From Candidatus Parcubacteria bacterium (GTDB taxonomy: Bacteria > Patescibacteriota > Minisyncoccia > JAHIHE01 > JAGLIN01), in NCBI GenBank assembly GCA_023132875.1, contig JAGLXN010000007.1, positions 1,262 through 65,261 of the forward strand: 64,000 bases of DNA, written 5' to 3'. Below, one piece after another: positions 51,289-60,465 of the stretch. Each line of letters opens with the position of its first letter. Within the stretch, counting starts at the first letter, position 1. The notes under the pieces are model-generated. The model was not told where the DNA came from and searched no databases. It worked only from the letters and a program-made list of their open reading frames with translations. Position numbers and translations under genes: made by a program.

Positions 51289-51834
51289 ATGAAATTAATT
51301 ATCGGTCTTGGAAATCCAGGCGAAAAATATGAAAAAACCAGGCATAATGCCGGGTTTTTGGCAGTGAATAAAATAGCAGATAATTTCCAGTTTCCAGTTT
51401 CTAGTTTCAATTCTAAATTTAACGCTGAAATTTCTGAAGGTATAATTAATAACGAAAAAACTATTTTAGTTAAGCCAATGACTTTTATGAATAATTCCGG
51501 TCAGACAGTCAAAGCTGTTTTGGATTATTATAAAATTAATCCGGAAGATATAATTGTCATTCACGACGATTTAGATATTCCAATTGGAGAATATAAAATC
51601 TCAAAAAACAAAAACTCCGGCGGACATAAGGGAGTCCGGTCAATTATTGATTACTTAGGAACAAAAGATTTCACAAGAACTAGGATTGGAATTGGAGTTC
51701 AGGATTTATCCTGTAAAATTCCAACAGAAAAGTTTGTGCTAGAAAAGTTCAGTGGAAAGGAAATGGGAATTGTTGAGGAGGTGATTGAAAAAATTGTTAA
51801 TATGGAAATTAGAAAACTAGAAATTGGAAATTGA
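51289..51834 (+). CDS. pth: peptidyl-tRNA hydrolase
   Basis: MKLIIGLGNPGEKYEKTRHNAGF is the canonical Pth N-terminus. Confidence 0.9.
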   Translation: MKLIIGLGNPGEKYEKTRHNAGFLAVNKIADNFQFPVSSFNSKFNAEISEGIINNEKTILVKPMTFMNNSGQTVKAVLDYYKINPEDIIVIHDDLDIPIGEYKISKNKNSGGHKGVRSIIDYLGTKDFTRTRIGIGVQDLSCKIPTEKFVLEKFSGKEMGIVEEVIEKIVNMEIRKLEIGN

Positions 51835-51973
51835 CAAAAAAATCCAAAGCTCAAATTACCTCAAATTATTCCAAATCAAATCCAAAACCCAAAATCTAAA
51901 AAGATTCTTAAATCATTTGAAATTTAGATTTGATTTGGAATAATTTGAATTTTGAAATAATTTGGATTTATCG

Positions 51974-52098
51974 TCCACTATCCTGTTCACAAGCGCAGGA
52001 TCTAGATTTACGAGAAAAATAGACCATGACTTTAAGGCTAATAATACAACTAAGGAGGGATTGTTATATTTTCACCGCTCATAAACAGGATGGTGGAC
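51974..52098. repeat. 125-bp element bounded by 15-bp inverted repeats
   Basis: gtccactatcctgtt ... aacaggatggtggac with 14/15 complementary, lying upstream of dprA. Confidence 0.6.
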
Positions 52099-52191
52099 AG
52101 TAATTTTTGTTTTAAATAAACAAAAAACCTCCAGCTAAGACAAAATCAAACTTTTTAATTTAACTAAACAGCTTATCATATTTTAAAGAAT

Positions 52192-53289
52192 ATGTCAACC
52201 CCCGAACATAAGTATTACAACGCTTTCAATCTCATACCACAAATGGGACCAGCTAGGTTTAGCAAACTTTTTACTTACTTTGATACAATGGAAAATGCTT
52301 GGAGCGCAAGCGCGGGAGAATATAAAAAAGCGGGGCTGGAAGAAAAGGTAATAGAGAAAATTATTCAAGCAAAGAAAGAAACATCGCCAGAAAAAGAACT
52401 CGAAAAACTTGAAAAAGAAGACATAAAAATAGTAACTATAAAAGATGAGTTGTACCCGAAGCTTCTTGAAGAAATTCACTCTGCTCCGGCTTTGTTATAT
52501 TATAAGGGAGAAATAAAAAAAGATGAGTTTACGATTGCTATTGTCGGCTCAAGAAAATTTTCCACCTACGGGAGACAAGTTTGCTCGCAGTTCGCAAGAG
52601 AGCTGTCGCAAGCAGGACTTATAATTATAAGTGGAATGGCGCTTGGTATTGACGGCATCGCGCACAGAGAGTGCCTGAAACTGAAAAACAGAACTGTTGC
52701 AGTTTTGGGAGGCGGAATTAACACAAAGAGCATTTATCCTTCAAGCAACCATCAAGTCGCTGAGGAAATAGTTTCAAACGGCGGAGCAATTGTCAGTGAA
52801 TATCCAATTGGCACACCCCCGCTCAAACAACACTTTCCAGCTCGTAATAGAATTATAAGCGGTCTTTCGCTTGGTGTTTTGGTTGTCGAATCAGCCCAAT
52901 CTTCAGGCACACTCATTATTGCCAAATTCGCTCTTGAGCAAAATAGAGAAGTACTTGCCATTCCGGGAAGTATATATTCCATGACTTCTAAAGGCTCTAA
53001 TAATCTTATAAAACTTGGAGCAAAACTTGTCACAAAAACAGGAGATGTTCTAGAAGAGCTTAATCTTGAGTCTGCGATAGAAATAAAAAAAGCCCGAGAA
53101 ATAATTCCCGACAATGAGGAAGAAGCGCTAATTTTAGAAAATTTATCTCCTAACGAACCAATTCACATTGACCAGCTTGCAAAAACCATTAAAATAAATG
53201 TAACCGCCATTTCTAGTTTATTGACACTTATGGAGATAAAAGGTAAAGTCAAAAATATCGGAGGTATGAGGTATATTGTGACGAGTTGA
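52192..53289 (+). CDS. dprA: DNA processing protein DprA/Smf
   Basis: Rossmann-like DprA core (IAIVGSRKFSTYG...GMALGIDGIAH...GSLITA-like) and a C-terminal winged-helix domain. Confidence 0.9.
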   Translation: MSTPEHKYYNAFNLIPQMGPARFSKLFTYFDTMENAWSASAGEYKKAGLEEKVIEKIIQAKKETSPEKELEKLEKEDIKIVTIKDELYPKLLEEIHSAPALLYYKGEIKKDEFTIAIVGSRKFSTYGRQVCSQFARELSQAGLIIISGMALGIDGIAHRECLKLKNRTVAVLGGGINTKSIYPSSNHQVAEEIVSNGGAIVSEYPIGTPPLKQHFPARNRIISGLSLGVLVVESAQSSGTLIIAKFALEQNREVLAIPGSIYSMTSKGSNNLIKLGAKLVTKTGDVLEELNLESAIEIKKAREIIPDNEEEALILENLSPNEPIHIDQLAKTIKINVTAISSLLTLMEIKGKVKNIGGMRYIVTS

Positions 53290-53342
53290 AAGTTTGTAAA
53301 GTAAAAAGTTCGTAAAGTTGTAAAGTTGTAAACAACAGCGTC

Positions 53343-53460
53343 TGTCATCCTGAAAGAGTGGAACGACTGAAGGATCCCAAGTTTAATTTCGTATAGTGTA
53401 ATATTAAAGTTCTGAGTGTATAGTTACGGGATTCTATCGCCTTCGGCTTCAGAATGACAG
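53343..53460. repeat. MITE-like element with TIRs TGTCATCCTGAA / TTCAGAATGACA
   Basis: 118 bp with perfect 11-12 bp terminal inverted repeats and an internal gggattctatcgcc shared with the 60260..60380 copy. Confidence 0.8.
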
Positions 53461-53535
53461 ATTTAAATAATTTGAAAAATCGGCAAAATAAAAAAAGAGA
53501 CAATAAATTGTCTCTTGGCTTAGTGTCGTAAAAAG

Positions 53536-53721
53536 TTATTTATTATTTTCCTCCAACAATTTACATTCTTTGATTAATCTTCTTAGACTTGTTAACTTTT
53601 TCATTTTAGCTAATATAGCTGTATTTAGTTCATGACGAAGCTCTTCATCATCTTTTTTAAGCATCCCCTCAATTCTACTAATTCGTATTCTTTCTAGAAG
53701 AATTTTTCTTTCTTCAAGCAA
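53536..53721 (-). CDS. hypothetical small coiled-coil protein
   Basis: 61-aa charged ORF. The frame stays open ~60 codons further upstream to a strong SD (GAGGAGG), but no canonical start codon follows it. Confidence 0.3.
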   Translation of the reverse strand: MLEERKILLERIRISRIEGMLKKDDEELRHELNTAILAKMKKLTSLRRLIKECKLLEENNK

Positions 53722-53913
53722 GACAAGAACAGCACTGAAATCTCTTTTATCTAAAGATTCATTGAATCTCTCCCATGAAAAATTTTTAAATTTTTTCCCA
53801 TCTAGGGTAGAAAATTCTCTAGTAATATTTTCCCTAAATGTTTCTATTTCGTTTTCGTCTGTTATTTTTATAACCTCCTCGTTTAATAAACATGCTAAAC
53901 TAAAAACATATTC

Positions 53914-56199
53914 ATGTCAACCTCAAAAATCAAAAAACTCATCATTGTGGAATCTCCCACAAAAGCGAAAACTATCACGAAATTTTTAGGCAATGAATAT
54001 ATTATCAGGTCTTCTTTCGGCCATCTTCGCGATCTGCCGAAAAGCAAATTGGGAGTTGATACGGAAAATAATTTTAAACCGGAATATGTTATAAATCCAA
54101 AAAGCAAAAAACAGGCCGCTGAATTGAAAAAGTATGCCAAAGAGTGTGATGAGATTATATTGGCATCTGATGAGGACCGCGAGGGAGAAGCGATTGCCTG
54201 GCATTTAGCTCAATTATTGAATCTTGAAGGATTTGGAACTGGAAAAAAAGAAAAGAAATATAAAAGAATTGTTTTTCACGAGATCACAAAAAAAGCTATT
54301 TTAAACGCCTTAGATAATCCAAGAAGTATAGACATGAACTTGGTTGACGCGCAGCAAGCCAGAAGAATTCTAGACCGACTCGTGGGATACAAGCTATCCC
54401 CTCTTCTCTGGAAAAAAATTCGCTACGGGCTTTCAGCAGGACGAGTTCAGTCTGTTGCAGTTCGTTTAATTGTTGAGAGAGAAGAAGAAATAAATAAATT
54501 TAATCCAGAAGAATATTGGTTAATTGAAGCAATGGTTCGACAGGTTCACTATGACAAAAAATGTCACCCTGAGCTTGTCGAAGGGTTTAATGCTAGATTG
54601 ATTAAAATTGATGGAAAATCAATCGGAAAACTAGGTGTTAAAACTAAAAAAGAGGCTGAAAAAATTAAGCAAGATCTTGAAAAGGTAAAATATGAAATTG
54701 AAAAAATAACGAAGAAAGAAACAAAGAAAAATCCTGTTCCGCCATTTACAACCAGCACCTTACAGCAAGCTTCTAGCAATAAATTCGGCTATAGCGCCAA
54801 ACAAACAATGATGATCGCTCAACAGCTCTATGAGGGAATTAATCTTGGCTCAAGGGGTTCAAGCGGTTTAATAACCTATATGAGAACTGACTCTTTAAGC
54901 TTGAGTAAAAGTTCGCTTGAATCAGCTGAAAATTATATTAAAAATAAGTTTGGAAATAAATATGCCGAAAGAAGATTCTTCAAAACAAAAAGCAAAGGCG
55001 CGCAAGAAGCGCATGAAGCTATTCGTCCGACAAACCCAGAAATTGATCCGGAAAGTATTAAAGAATTTTTAGACAACAAACAATTTAAAATTTATGAATT
55101 GATCTGGCAAAGAATGGTAGCATCTCAAATGGCAAGCGCGATTGTGGATTCAACTATCATTGATATTTTAGCCGAAAGCAAAAAGGAGTTCAACTCCGAA
55201 GCTTCAGGGTTGAACTCCTTTTTGTTGCGCGCCACTGGGTCAACAATAAAATTTAAAGGATTTTTAAAAGTATATCCAATAAAATCAGAAGAAATCATCT
55301 TGCCGAAACTGACAGAAAAAGAGAAATTAGATCTTATAAAAATTGTCAGCGAACAGCATTTCACCCAGCCTCCGGCAAGATTTAATGAAGCAAGTTTAAT
55401 CAAAGTTCTCGAAGAGCTTGGAATCGGACGACCATCAACATACGCTCCGACTATCAGCACTATTCAAGACAGGGGCTATATTAAAAAAATTGAAAAAAGG
55501 CTTCATCCGCAAGAAATCGGCATTTTAGTAAATAAACTTTTAGTTGAACACTTTCCAAAAATTGTAAATGTTAAGTTTACGGCAAAAATGGAAGAGGATT
55601 TAGACAAAGTAGCAGAAAATAAAAAAAATTGGGTTGTAATATTAAAAGATTTTTATAAACCATTTAAAACAAATCTTATGCAAAAAGAAAAAGAAATTGA
55701 TAAAAAAGAGTTGACCGAAGAAGCAACTGATAAGGTGTGTGAAAAATGCGGAAAGCCAATGATAATAAAAATGGGACGCTTCGGAAAATTTATGGCATGC
55801 AGCAATTATCCAGACTGTAAAAATACAAAACAGCTGGATGATAAAGGAGAGATAGAAGAGCCTGAAATTACTAATGAAATCTGCGAAAAATGCGGAAAGC
55901 CAATGGTATTTAAAATTGGACGCTATGGAAAGTTTTTGGGCTGCTCCGGCTACCCAAACTGCAAAAATATAAAACCGATAGTGAAATCTACCGGAGTTCA
56001 ATGCCCAGAGTGCGGCAAGGGCGAAATTGTTGAGAAAAAATCAAAAGCCGGCCGAGTATTCTTCGCCTGTAGCGGATACCCAAACTGCAAATACGCGATG
56101 TGGAATAAACCGACTGGAGAAAAGTGTCCAAAATGCGGCAACCTAATAGTTTACGCAAAAAATGACAGCGTGGCTTGTTCAAACAAGGAGTGCAAATAA
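53914..56199 (+). CDS. topA: DNA topoisomerase I
   Basis: TOPRIM (VESPTKAKTI), catalytic domains, and three C-terminal CxxC...CxxC zinc ribbons. Confidence 0.95.
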   Translation: MSTSKIKKLIIVESPTKAKTITKFLGNEYIIRSSFGHLRDLPKSKLGVDTENNFKPEYVINPKSKKQAAELKKYAKECDEIILASDEDREGEAIAWHLAQLLNLEGFGTGKKEKKYKRIVFHEITKKAILNALDNPRSIDMNLVDAQQARRILDRLVGYKLSPLLWKKIRYGLSAGRVQSVAVRLIVEREEEINKFNPEEYWLIEAMVRQVHYDKKCHPELVEGFNARLIKIDGKSIGKLGVKTKKEAEKIKQDLEKVKYEIEKITKKETKKNPVPPFTTSTLQQASSNKFGYSAKQTMMIAQQLYEGINLGSRGSSGLITYMRTDSLSLSKSSLESAENYIKNKFGNKYAERRFFKTKSKGAQEAHEAIRPTNPEIDPESIKEFLDNKQFKIYELIWQRMVASQMASAIVDSTIIDILAESKKEFNSEASGLNSFLLRATGSTIKFKGFLKVYPIKSEEIILPKLTEKEKLDLIKIVSEQHFTQPPARFNEASLIKVLEELGIGRPSTYAPTISTIQDRGYIKKIEKRLHPQEIGILVNKLLVEHFPKIVNVKFTAKMEEDLDKVAENKKNWVVILKDFYKPFKTNLMQKEKEIDKKELTEEATDKVCEKCGKPMIIKMGRFGKFMACSNYPDCKNTKQLDDKGEIEEPEITNEICEKCGKPMVFKIGRYGKFLGCSGYPNCKNIKPIVKSTGVQCPECGKGEIVEKKSKAGRVFFACSGYPNCKYAMWNKPTGEKCPKCGNLIVYAKNDSVACSNKECK

Positions 56200-56239
56200 A
56201 TGCATAAATTATAAAATTTTAACAAACTAAAATAACATT

Positions 56240-56806
56240 ATGAAAAAAATAAAAATAGGGGTTTCGGGAGATGTTGGCAGTTTTTCAGAGCAAGCCACGA
56301 ATGAATACGCCAGAAAAAACGGAATTAAAAACTATGAAATTAAGTGCCTTATTTCCGTAGAAAAAGTACTCACTGAACTTGACAAAAAGAAAATAGATCT
56401 TGGAATTTTTCCTATTGAAAATTCAAATGGCGGGATTGTGATTGAAAGCGTAAATGCAATCAGCAAGCATATTTTTAAAATAAAAAATATTTTTGAAATC
56501 CCGGTAATTCATTGTTTGTTGACAAAACCCGGTATTGAAAAAGAGGATATAAAAAATATAGCTTCTCATGATCAAGCTTTAAAGCAATGCAAAATGTATT
56601 TAAAAAGAAAATGGACAGAAACTCAATTGCAGGAAACTAAAGATACAGCAAAATCAGCAAAAGATCTTTCAGAAGGAAAATTATCTGAAGACACCGCGGT
56701 CCTCGCTCCTGAAAGCTGCGCCACTTTATACGGCCTTATCGTTATGGAAAAAGGAATCCAGGATTTAAAATTTAATTTCACGAATTTTTTGGCAGTGGAG
56801 AAGTAG
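56240..56806 (+). CDS. prephenate dehydratase (PDT) catalytic-domain protein without ACT domain, paralog 1
   Basis: The IGVSGDVGSFSEQA, FPIENSNGG and SHDQALKQC segments follow the PDT-domain pattern. The catalytic TRF motif reads FTNF. 188 aa, so there is no room for the regulatory ACT domain. Confidence 0.7.
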   Translation: MKKIKIGVSGDVGSFSEQATNEYARKNGIKNYEIKCLISVEKVLTELDKKKIDLGIFPIENSNGGIVIESVNAISKHIFKIKNIFEIPVIHCLLTKPGIEKEDIKNIASHDQALKQCKMYLKRKWTETQLQETKDTAKSAKDLSEGKLSEDTAVLAPESCATLYGLIVMEKGIQDLKFNFTNFLAVEK

Positions 56807-56882
56807 GAATATATTATAAAATCTTATTTAAAAATTAAACTATGTAAATAAAAAAATAGAGAGTGAAGTTTCACTCTCATTT

Positions 56883-57710
56883 TTAAATTGTCTCTGCTTT
56901 TGGATAAGATCCTAAAACAACTATCTCTTTCACTTTACTAATTACTTCTGTTAACGCATTTTTGAAATTTTCATCATCACAATGACCATCTGCATCAACA
57001 AAGAATGTCCGAGAACTCGATATCTCTTCTGCAGGAAGAGACGAAAGCATTGTCATATTTATTTTGTTCTTTGTAAATATGTGCAAAACTTTTTCTAAGG
57101 AACCAGCCTTATCCTCTACCTTAAAGAATAATGTTGTTTTATCTTTTCCCGTAGGTTTTGTTTTATTTTTATTTAAGAGCATAAATCTTGTTATATTATC
57201 TCCTTGATCATTTATATCTCTTTCTATAATCGCAATATTAAATTCCTTTGAAGCTTCTTCAGAGCCAATCGCTGCAATTGACTTATCCTTTGTTTTTGAA
57301 GCCAACTCAACGGCTTCTGCCGTGCTATTAGTTATTTTTATACAAATATCATTTAATCCTCCTAAATATCCAATACACTGCATAATCCCCTGCGAATGAG
57401 AATAAACAACTTTAACATCTTCTATCTTGCCATAACCAACAAGACACTGTTGAATTTTAAGATATAGTTCTCTAATACCGTAAAATGGCTTCATCAATTG
57501 TAGTTCTTTTAGCACATCAATAACTGCCTTTCCTGTTGAATTTGATATAGGAACAACAATTTCATCTACTTCATTATTTTTAAAAGCCTCAATCAAACTT
57601 TTAAAGTCTGAATGAAACACTATTTTAGTTTCATTGTATTTCTTTGCAAACTTAATAGTAGCAACATGAGAAAAGGTCGCTGCTGGACCTAAGCATCCGA
57701 TTGTTATCAT
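56883..57710 (-). CDS. pheA: prephenate dehydratase (PDT + ACT domains)
   Basis: GPAATFSH, NITRFMLL (TRF motif) and ACT-domain ESRP-equivalent LSSLPAEEI are present. Start reassigned to MITIG (ATG at 57710), which sits 9 nt after AAGGAGG. Confidence 0.75.
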   Translation of the reverse strand: MITIGCLGPAATFSHVATIKFAKKYNETKIVFHSDFKSLIEAFKNNEVDEIVVPISNSTGKAVIDVLKELQLMKPFYGIRELYLKIQQCLVGYGKIEDVKVVYSHSQGIMQCIGYLGGLNDICIKITNSTAEAVELASKTKDKSIAAIGSEEASKEFNIAIIERDINDQGDNITRFMLLNKNKTKPTGKDKTTLFFKVEDKAGSLEKVLHIFTKNKINMTMLSSLPAEEISSSRTFFVDADGHCDDENFKNALTEVISKVKEIVVLGSYPKAETI

Positions 57711-57744
57711 CTTATGATTCCTCCTTATATTGTAAATGTGCAGA

Positions 57745-57820
57745 ATGTCCTGGGTAAGATTTGAACTCACGACTCCATGCTTTTCACACAGACTCTATGC
57801 CAAACTAAGACACTAGGGCT
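57745..57820 (-). other. tRNA-like fragment (T-arm plus 3' acceptor half), possible tRNA pseudogene or integration-site remnant
   Basis: Minus strand reads gtgag-TTCAAAT-cttac followed by ccaggac, i.e. a T-stem-loop plus a 7-nt 3' acceptor strand. The matching 5' acceptor strand (gccctag) pairs at only 5/7, and the anticodon loop is non-canonical. Confidence 0.3.
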
Positions 57821-58169
57821 TTTTATTTTTATTTTTGTCCATTCAAGTGAACTTCTTTTTTGAATCCACCCTCTAAAATTTCAATAACTCTTGAAACCCT
57901 AAAGGGTAAATTCCATTTATTATAATTTTAAACATCAAAAAAACCATCTTTGCGATGGGCCATTATGAGAAATATTATACTAAAACAACAACCTATCGCA
58001 TATGACGGCTAAAAAAGCTAAAAAAGAAAAATTGGCTGTTTTTTGTATAATTCATAAAATTTTCAACTTATAAACATAATATAGCATACATAAAAAATAT
58101 GTCAATATTTTTGTGACTATTTCACATTTTTATGATAAAATAAGCTTATAAGCATTAAATCCATCAAAA

Positions 58170-58736
58170 ATGAAAAAACTAAAAATAGGAGTCTCAGGCA
58201 ATGTTGGCAGTTTTTCAGAAGAGGCCGCCAATTATTATTGCCACAATAATAATATAAAAAATTATGAAATTCAGTATTTAATAAGCGTCAAGAACACAAT
58301 GGAAGCCCTAAAAAAGGGCGAGATAGACAAGGGCATTTTTCCAATTGAAAATTCAAATGGAGGCATCGTTCATGAAGCGATTTATGCTATGAGCGAATAT
58401 GTTTTTGATATTGAAAATATATTTGAGATTGACGTTAAGCACTGCTTGCTTGCAAAACCGGGAACAAAAGCAAACGACATAAAAAAAATAGCTTCCCATC
58501 CGCAGGCGCTCAAACAATGCAGAATGTATTTGAAGAAAAAATGGGGGAATCTTCAATTACAGGAATATTCTGACACAGCTGACGCGGCAAAAGACTTGCG
58601 TGAAGGAAAAATTCCCCCCGACACCGGAGTAATCGCTTGTAAAAAATGCGCAAAATTATATGAATTGAACCTGCTTGAAGAAGGAATACAAGATTTGAAA
58701 TTCAACTTCACGACATTTATAACGGCGACTATGTAA
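58170..58736 (+). CDS. prephenate dehydratase (PDT) catalytic-domain protein without ACT domain, paralog 2
   Basis: About 55% identical to 56240..56806. The catalytic motif reads FTTF. Confidence 0.7.
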   Translation: MKKLKIGVSGNVGSFSEEAANYYCHNNNIKNYEIQYLISVKNTMEALKKGEIDKGIFPIENSNGGIVHEAIYAMSEYVFDIENIFEIDVKHCLLAKPGTKANDIKKIASHPQALKQCRMYLKKKWGNLQLQEYSDTADAAKDLREGKIPPDTGVIACKKCAKLYELNLLEEGIQDLKFNFTTFITATM

Positions 58737-58789
58737 AGACGCATGCGCAAAATATTAAATTGATATTTTAAATTTTTCTTTAATAAAAA

Positions 58790-58825
58790 AATTAAGGAGA
58801 TGAAACAGTCCATCTCCTTTTAAAC
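58790..58825 (-). terminator. intrinsic terminator (shared by convergent genes)
   Basis: aaggagatg/catctcctt is a 9-bp stem with loop aaacagtc, followed by T-run on the minus strand. Confidence 0.55.
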
Positions 58826-58831
58826 TTATAA

Positions 58832-58930
58832 CTATTCTTGTTTGTTTGTGTCATCTATTGACTCACACTTTTCAAGTGATTCAACAAGACCATTAACAGT
58901 CTTTTCTCCAGCTTCAAATGCAAATGGCAT
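58832..58930 (-). CDS. 32-aa acidic small protein
   Basis: Strong SD GGAGGAGGG 8 nt upstream of the ATG, and a terminator hairpin immediately downstream. Sequence MPFAFEAGEKTVNGLVESLEKCESIDDTNKQE. Confidence 0.45.
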   Translation of the reverse strand: MPFAFEAGEKTVNGLVESLEKCESIDDTNKQE

Positions 58931-59509
58931 TTATTTTTCCCTCCTCCATCTTTTTAAAAAATTGCACAAAATAATATTGGTTTCCATACCCAAGGATCTG
59001 TCTTGAGCTTTTGTTTCACATTCCATTATGATAAATGAAATTTATTAATTGCGCCGTCCCCTCTCAGGACAAATTCTATCTATAATTTCGTTATAAACAA
59101 AATTTGTCCTGAGAAGATGATACTTTTATTTTTGCTATAAAAAAGCCTACCTATTGCGTAGGTTGCTTTTAATTTGGTCTCTTCTCTATTCTTTATTTTT
59201 AACCAGATTAAAAGCAAACTACCTAATTAGTAGGCTAATCACTTTCACAGTATAAGCAGTAACAACTCTGCTAATTGCAGCACCATAAGTCTCCATAAAA
59301 GTTTTTTACTTTATTACTAAACAGTAGACTTGTTGCGTAATTAATTTCGTAGCGTCCGCCCTGAGCGGATGAGACAAATTTTTCAAACAATTCTTGAGGT
59401 TTAGCCTAAGCTAAGCTGAAGAAATTTTTGGAAAATTTGACCAAAATATGGAAATTGCAGTAGGAACTAATTACGTGACAAGTCTAATATAGCAGGTTTA
59501 AAGAATTTG

Positions 59510-60229
59510 TCAATTTTCTTTATAAATATCAAATTTATATCCGAATTTATTTTTTTTATCCTTTCCTAAAAGCGCCCAGTGAAGTCCGGTGCCAATTCCT
59601 TGAGCCGCGACTTTTAAATGCCCCTCTTTTTCAAAACGCCGGGGAGAAACTTGAATTTTAACGCTTTTTAACACTTTAAATTTTATTTTGAACAATTTAG
59701 ATCTAATCGCCCTTTGAACATAGTCTGAATCTTCTCCTAAGGTAATTCTTTCGTCAAAACCATTTATTTTATTATGTAAATTTTTTTTGATAAAAATACA
59801 CCACCCTCCGGCAAAAGGGGTAAGAGAATACTGAAATAGCTCCATCAGCCGGTTCCAAAAGTCAAAATAAAGTTTGTCCATTTTTTTTCCATGTAAATAT
59901 ATTAGAGGAGCCGCAACATCAAGTTTTCTTTCTTTAAATTCCTTAATTGCTTTTTTTAAGAAATTTCTAGTTTTTAACTCTGTATCGGCGTCTAGAAACA
60001 ACAAATCATCTCCTTTGGCAAATTTTACTCCCTGATTTCTCGCTTTTCCCGGCAATCCGCCTTTTACTATTTTACAGCCATATCTTCCAGCGATTTTCTT
60101 AGTTTTATCTTTAGAATTATTGTCAGCCACAATAATTTCATAATCTTTAAAAGTCTGCCTTTTAATGCTTCTAAGAAGTTTTGGCAAATACTTTTCTTCG
60201 TTTTTTGCGGGAATGATAATTGATAACAT
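59510..60229 (-). CDS. family 2 glycosyltransferase
   Basis: GT-A fold N-terminus (MLSIIIPAKNEE) with a DxD-like motif (FLDADTE). Confidence 0.8.
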   Translation of the reverse strand: MLSIIIPAKNEEKYLPKLLRSIKRQTFKDYEIIVADNNSKDKTKKIAGRYGCKIVKGGLPGKARNQGVKFAKGDDLLFLDADTELKTRNFLKKAIKEFKERKLDVAAPLIYLHGKKMDKLYFDFWNRLMELFQYSLTPFAGGWCIFIKKNLHNKINGFDERITLGEDSDYVQRAIRSKLFKIKFKVLKSVKIQVSPRRFEKEGHLKVAAQGIGTGLHWALLGKDKKNKFGYKFDIYKEN

Positions 60230-60259
60230 AATTTTAATTGTTATATTGTTATATCAAAT

Positions 60260-60380
60260 TGTCATCCTAGAGTGTAGTGAAACAGAACGATAGGATCTCG
60301 AGTTTAGCATTATAAAATTTTATTCCATGGTTTTGTGCGCGTAGTTTCGGGATTCTATCGCTATCGCTCTAGAATGACAG
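60260..60380. repeat. MITE-like element with TIRs TGTCATCCTAGAG / CTCTAGAATGACA
   Basis: 121 bp carrying internal cgataggatctcg and tttcgggattctatcgc motifs shared with 53343..53460 and 3277..3402. Confidence 0.8.
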
Positions 60381-60465
60381 TATAATATAGCATGTCAGTT
60401 TTGAATTTGTAATTTAATTATTATTTTGGATTTGTAATTTGTTTATTGATTGAAAACTACATTTT

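Noticed and set aside
57840-57900. T-box riboswitch upstream of pheA
   Set aside because: The minus strand has AGAGGGUGGAUUC, which loosely resembles the T-box AGGGUGG core, but the downstream ACCGCG portion and the antiterminator are missing.
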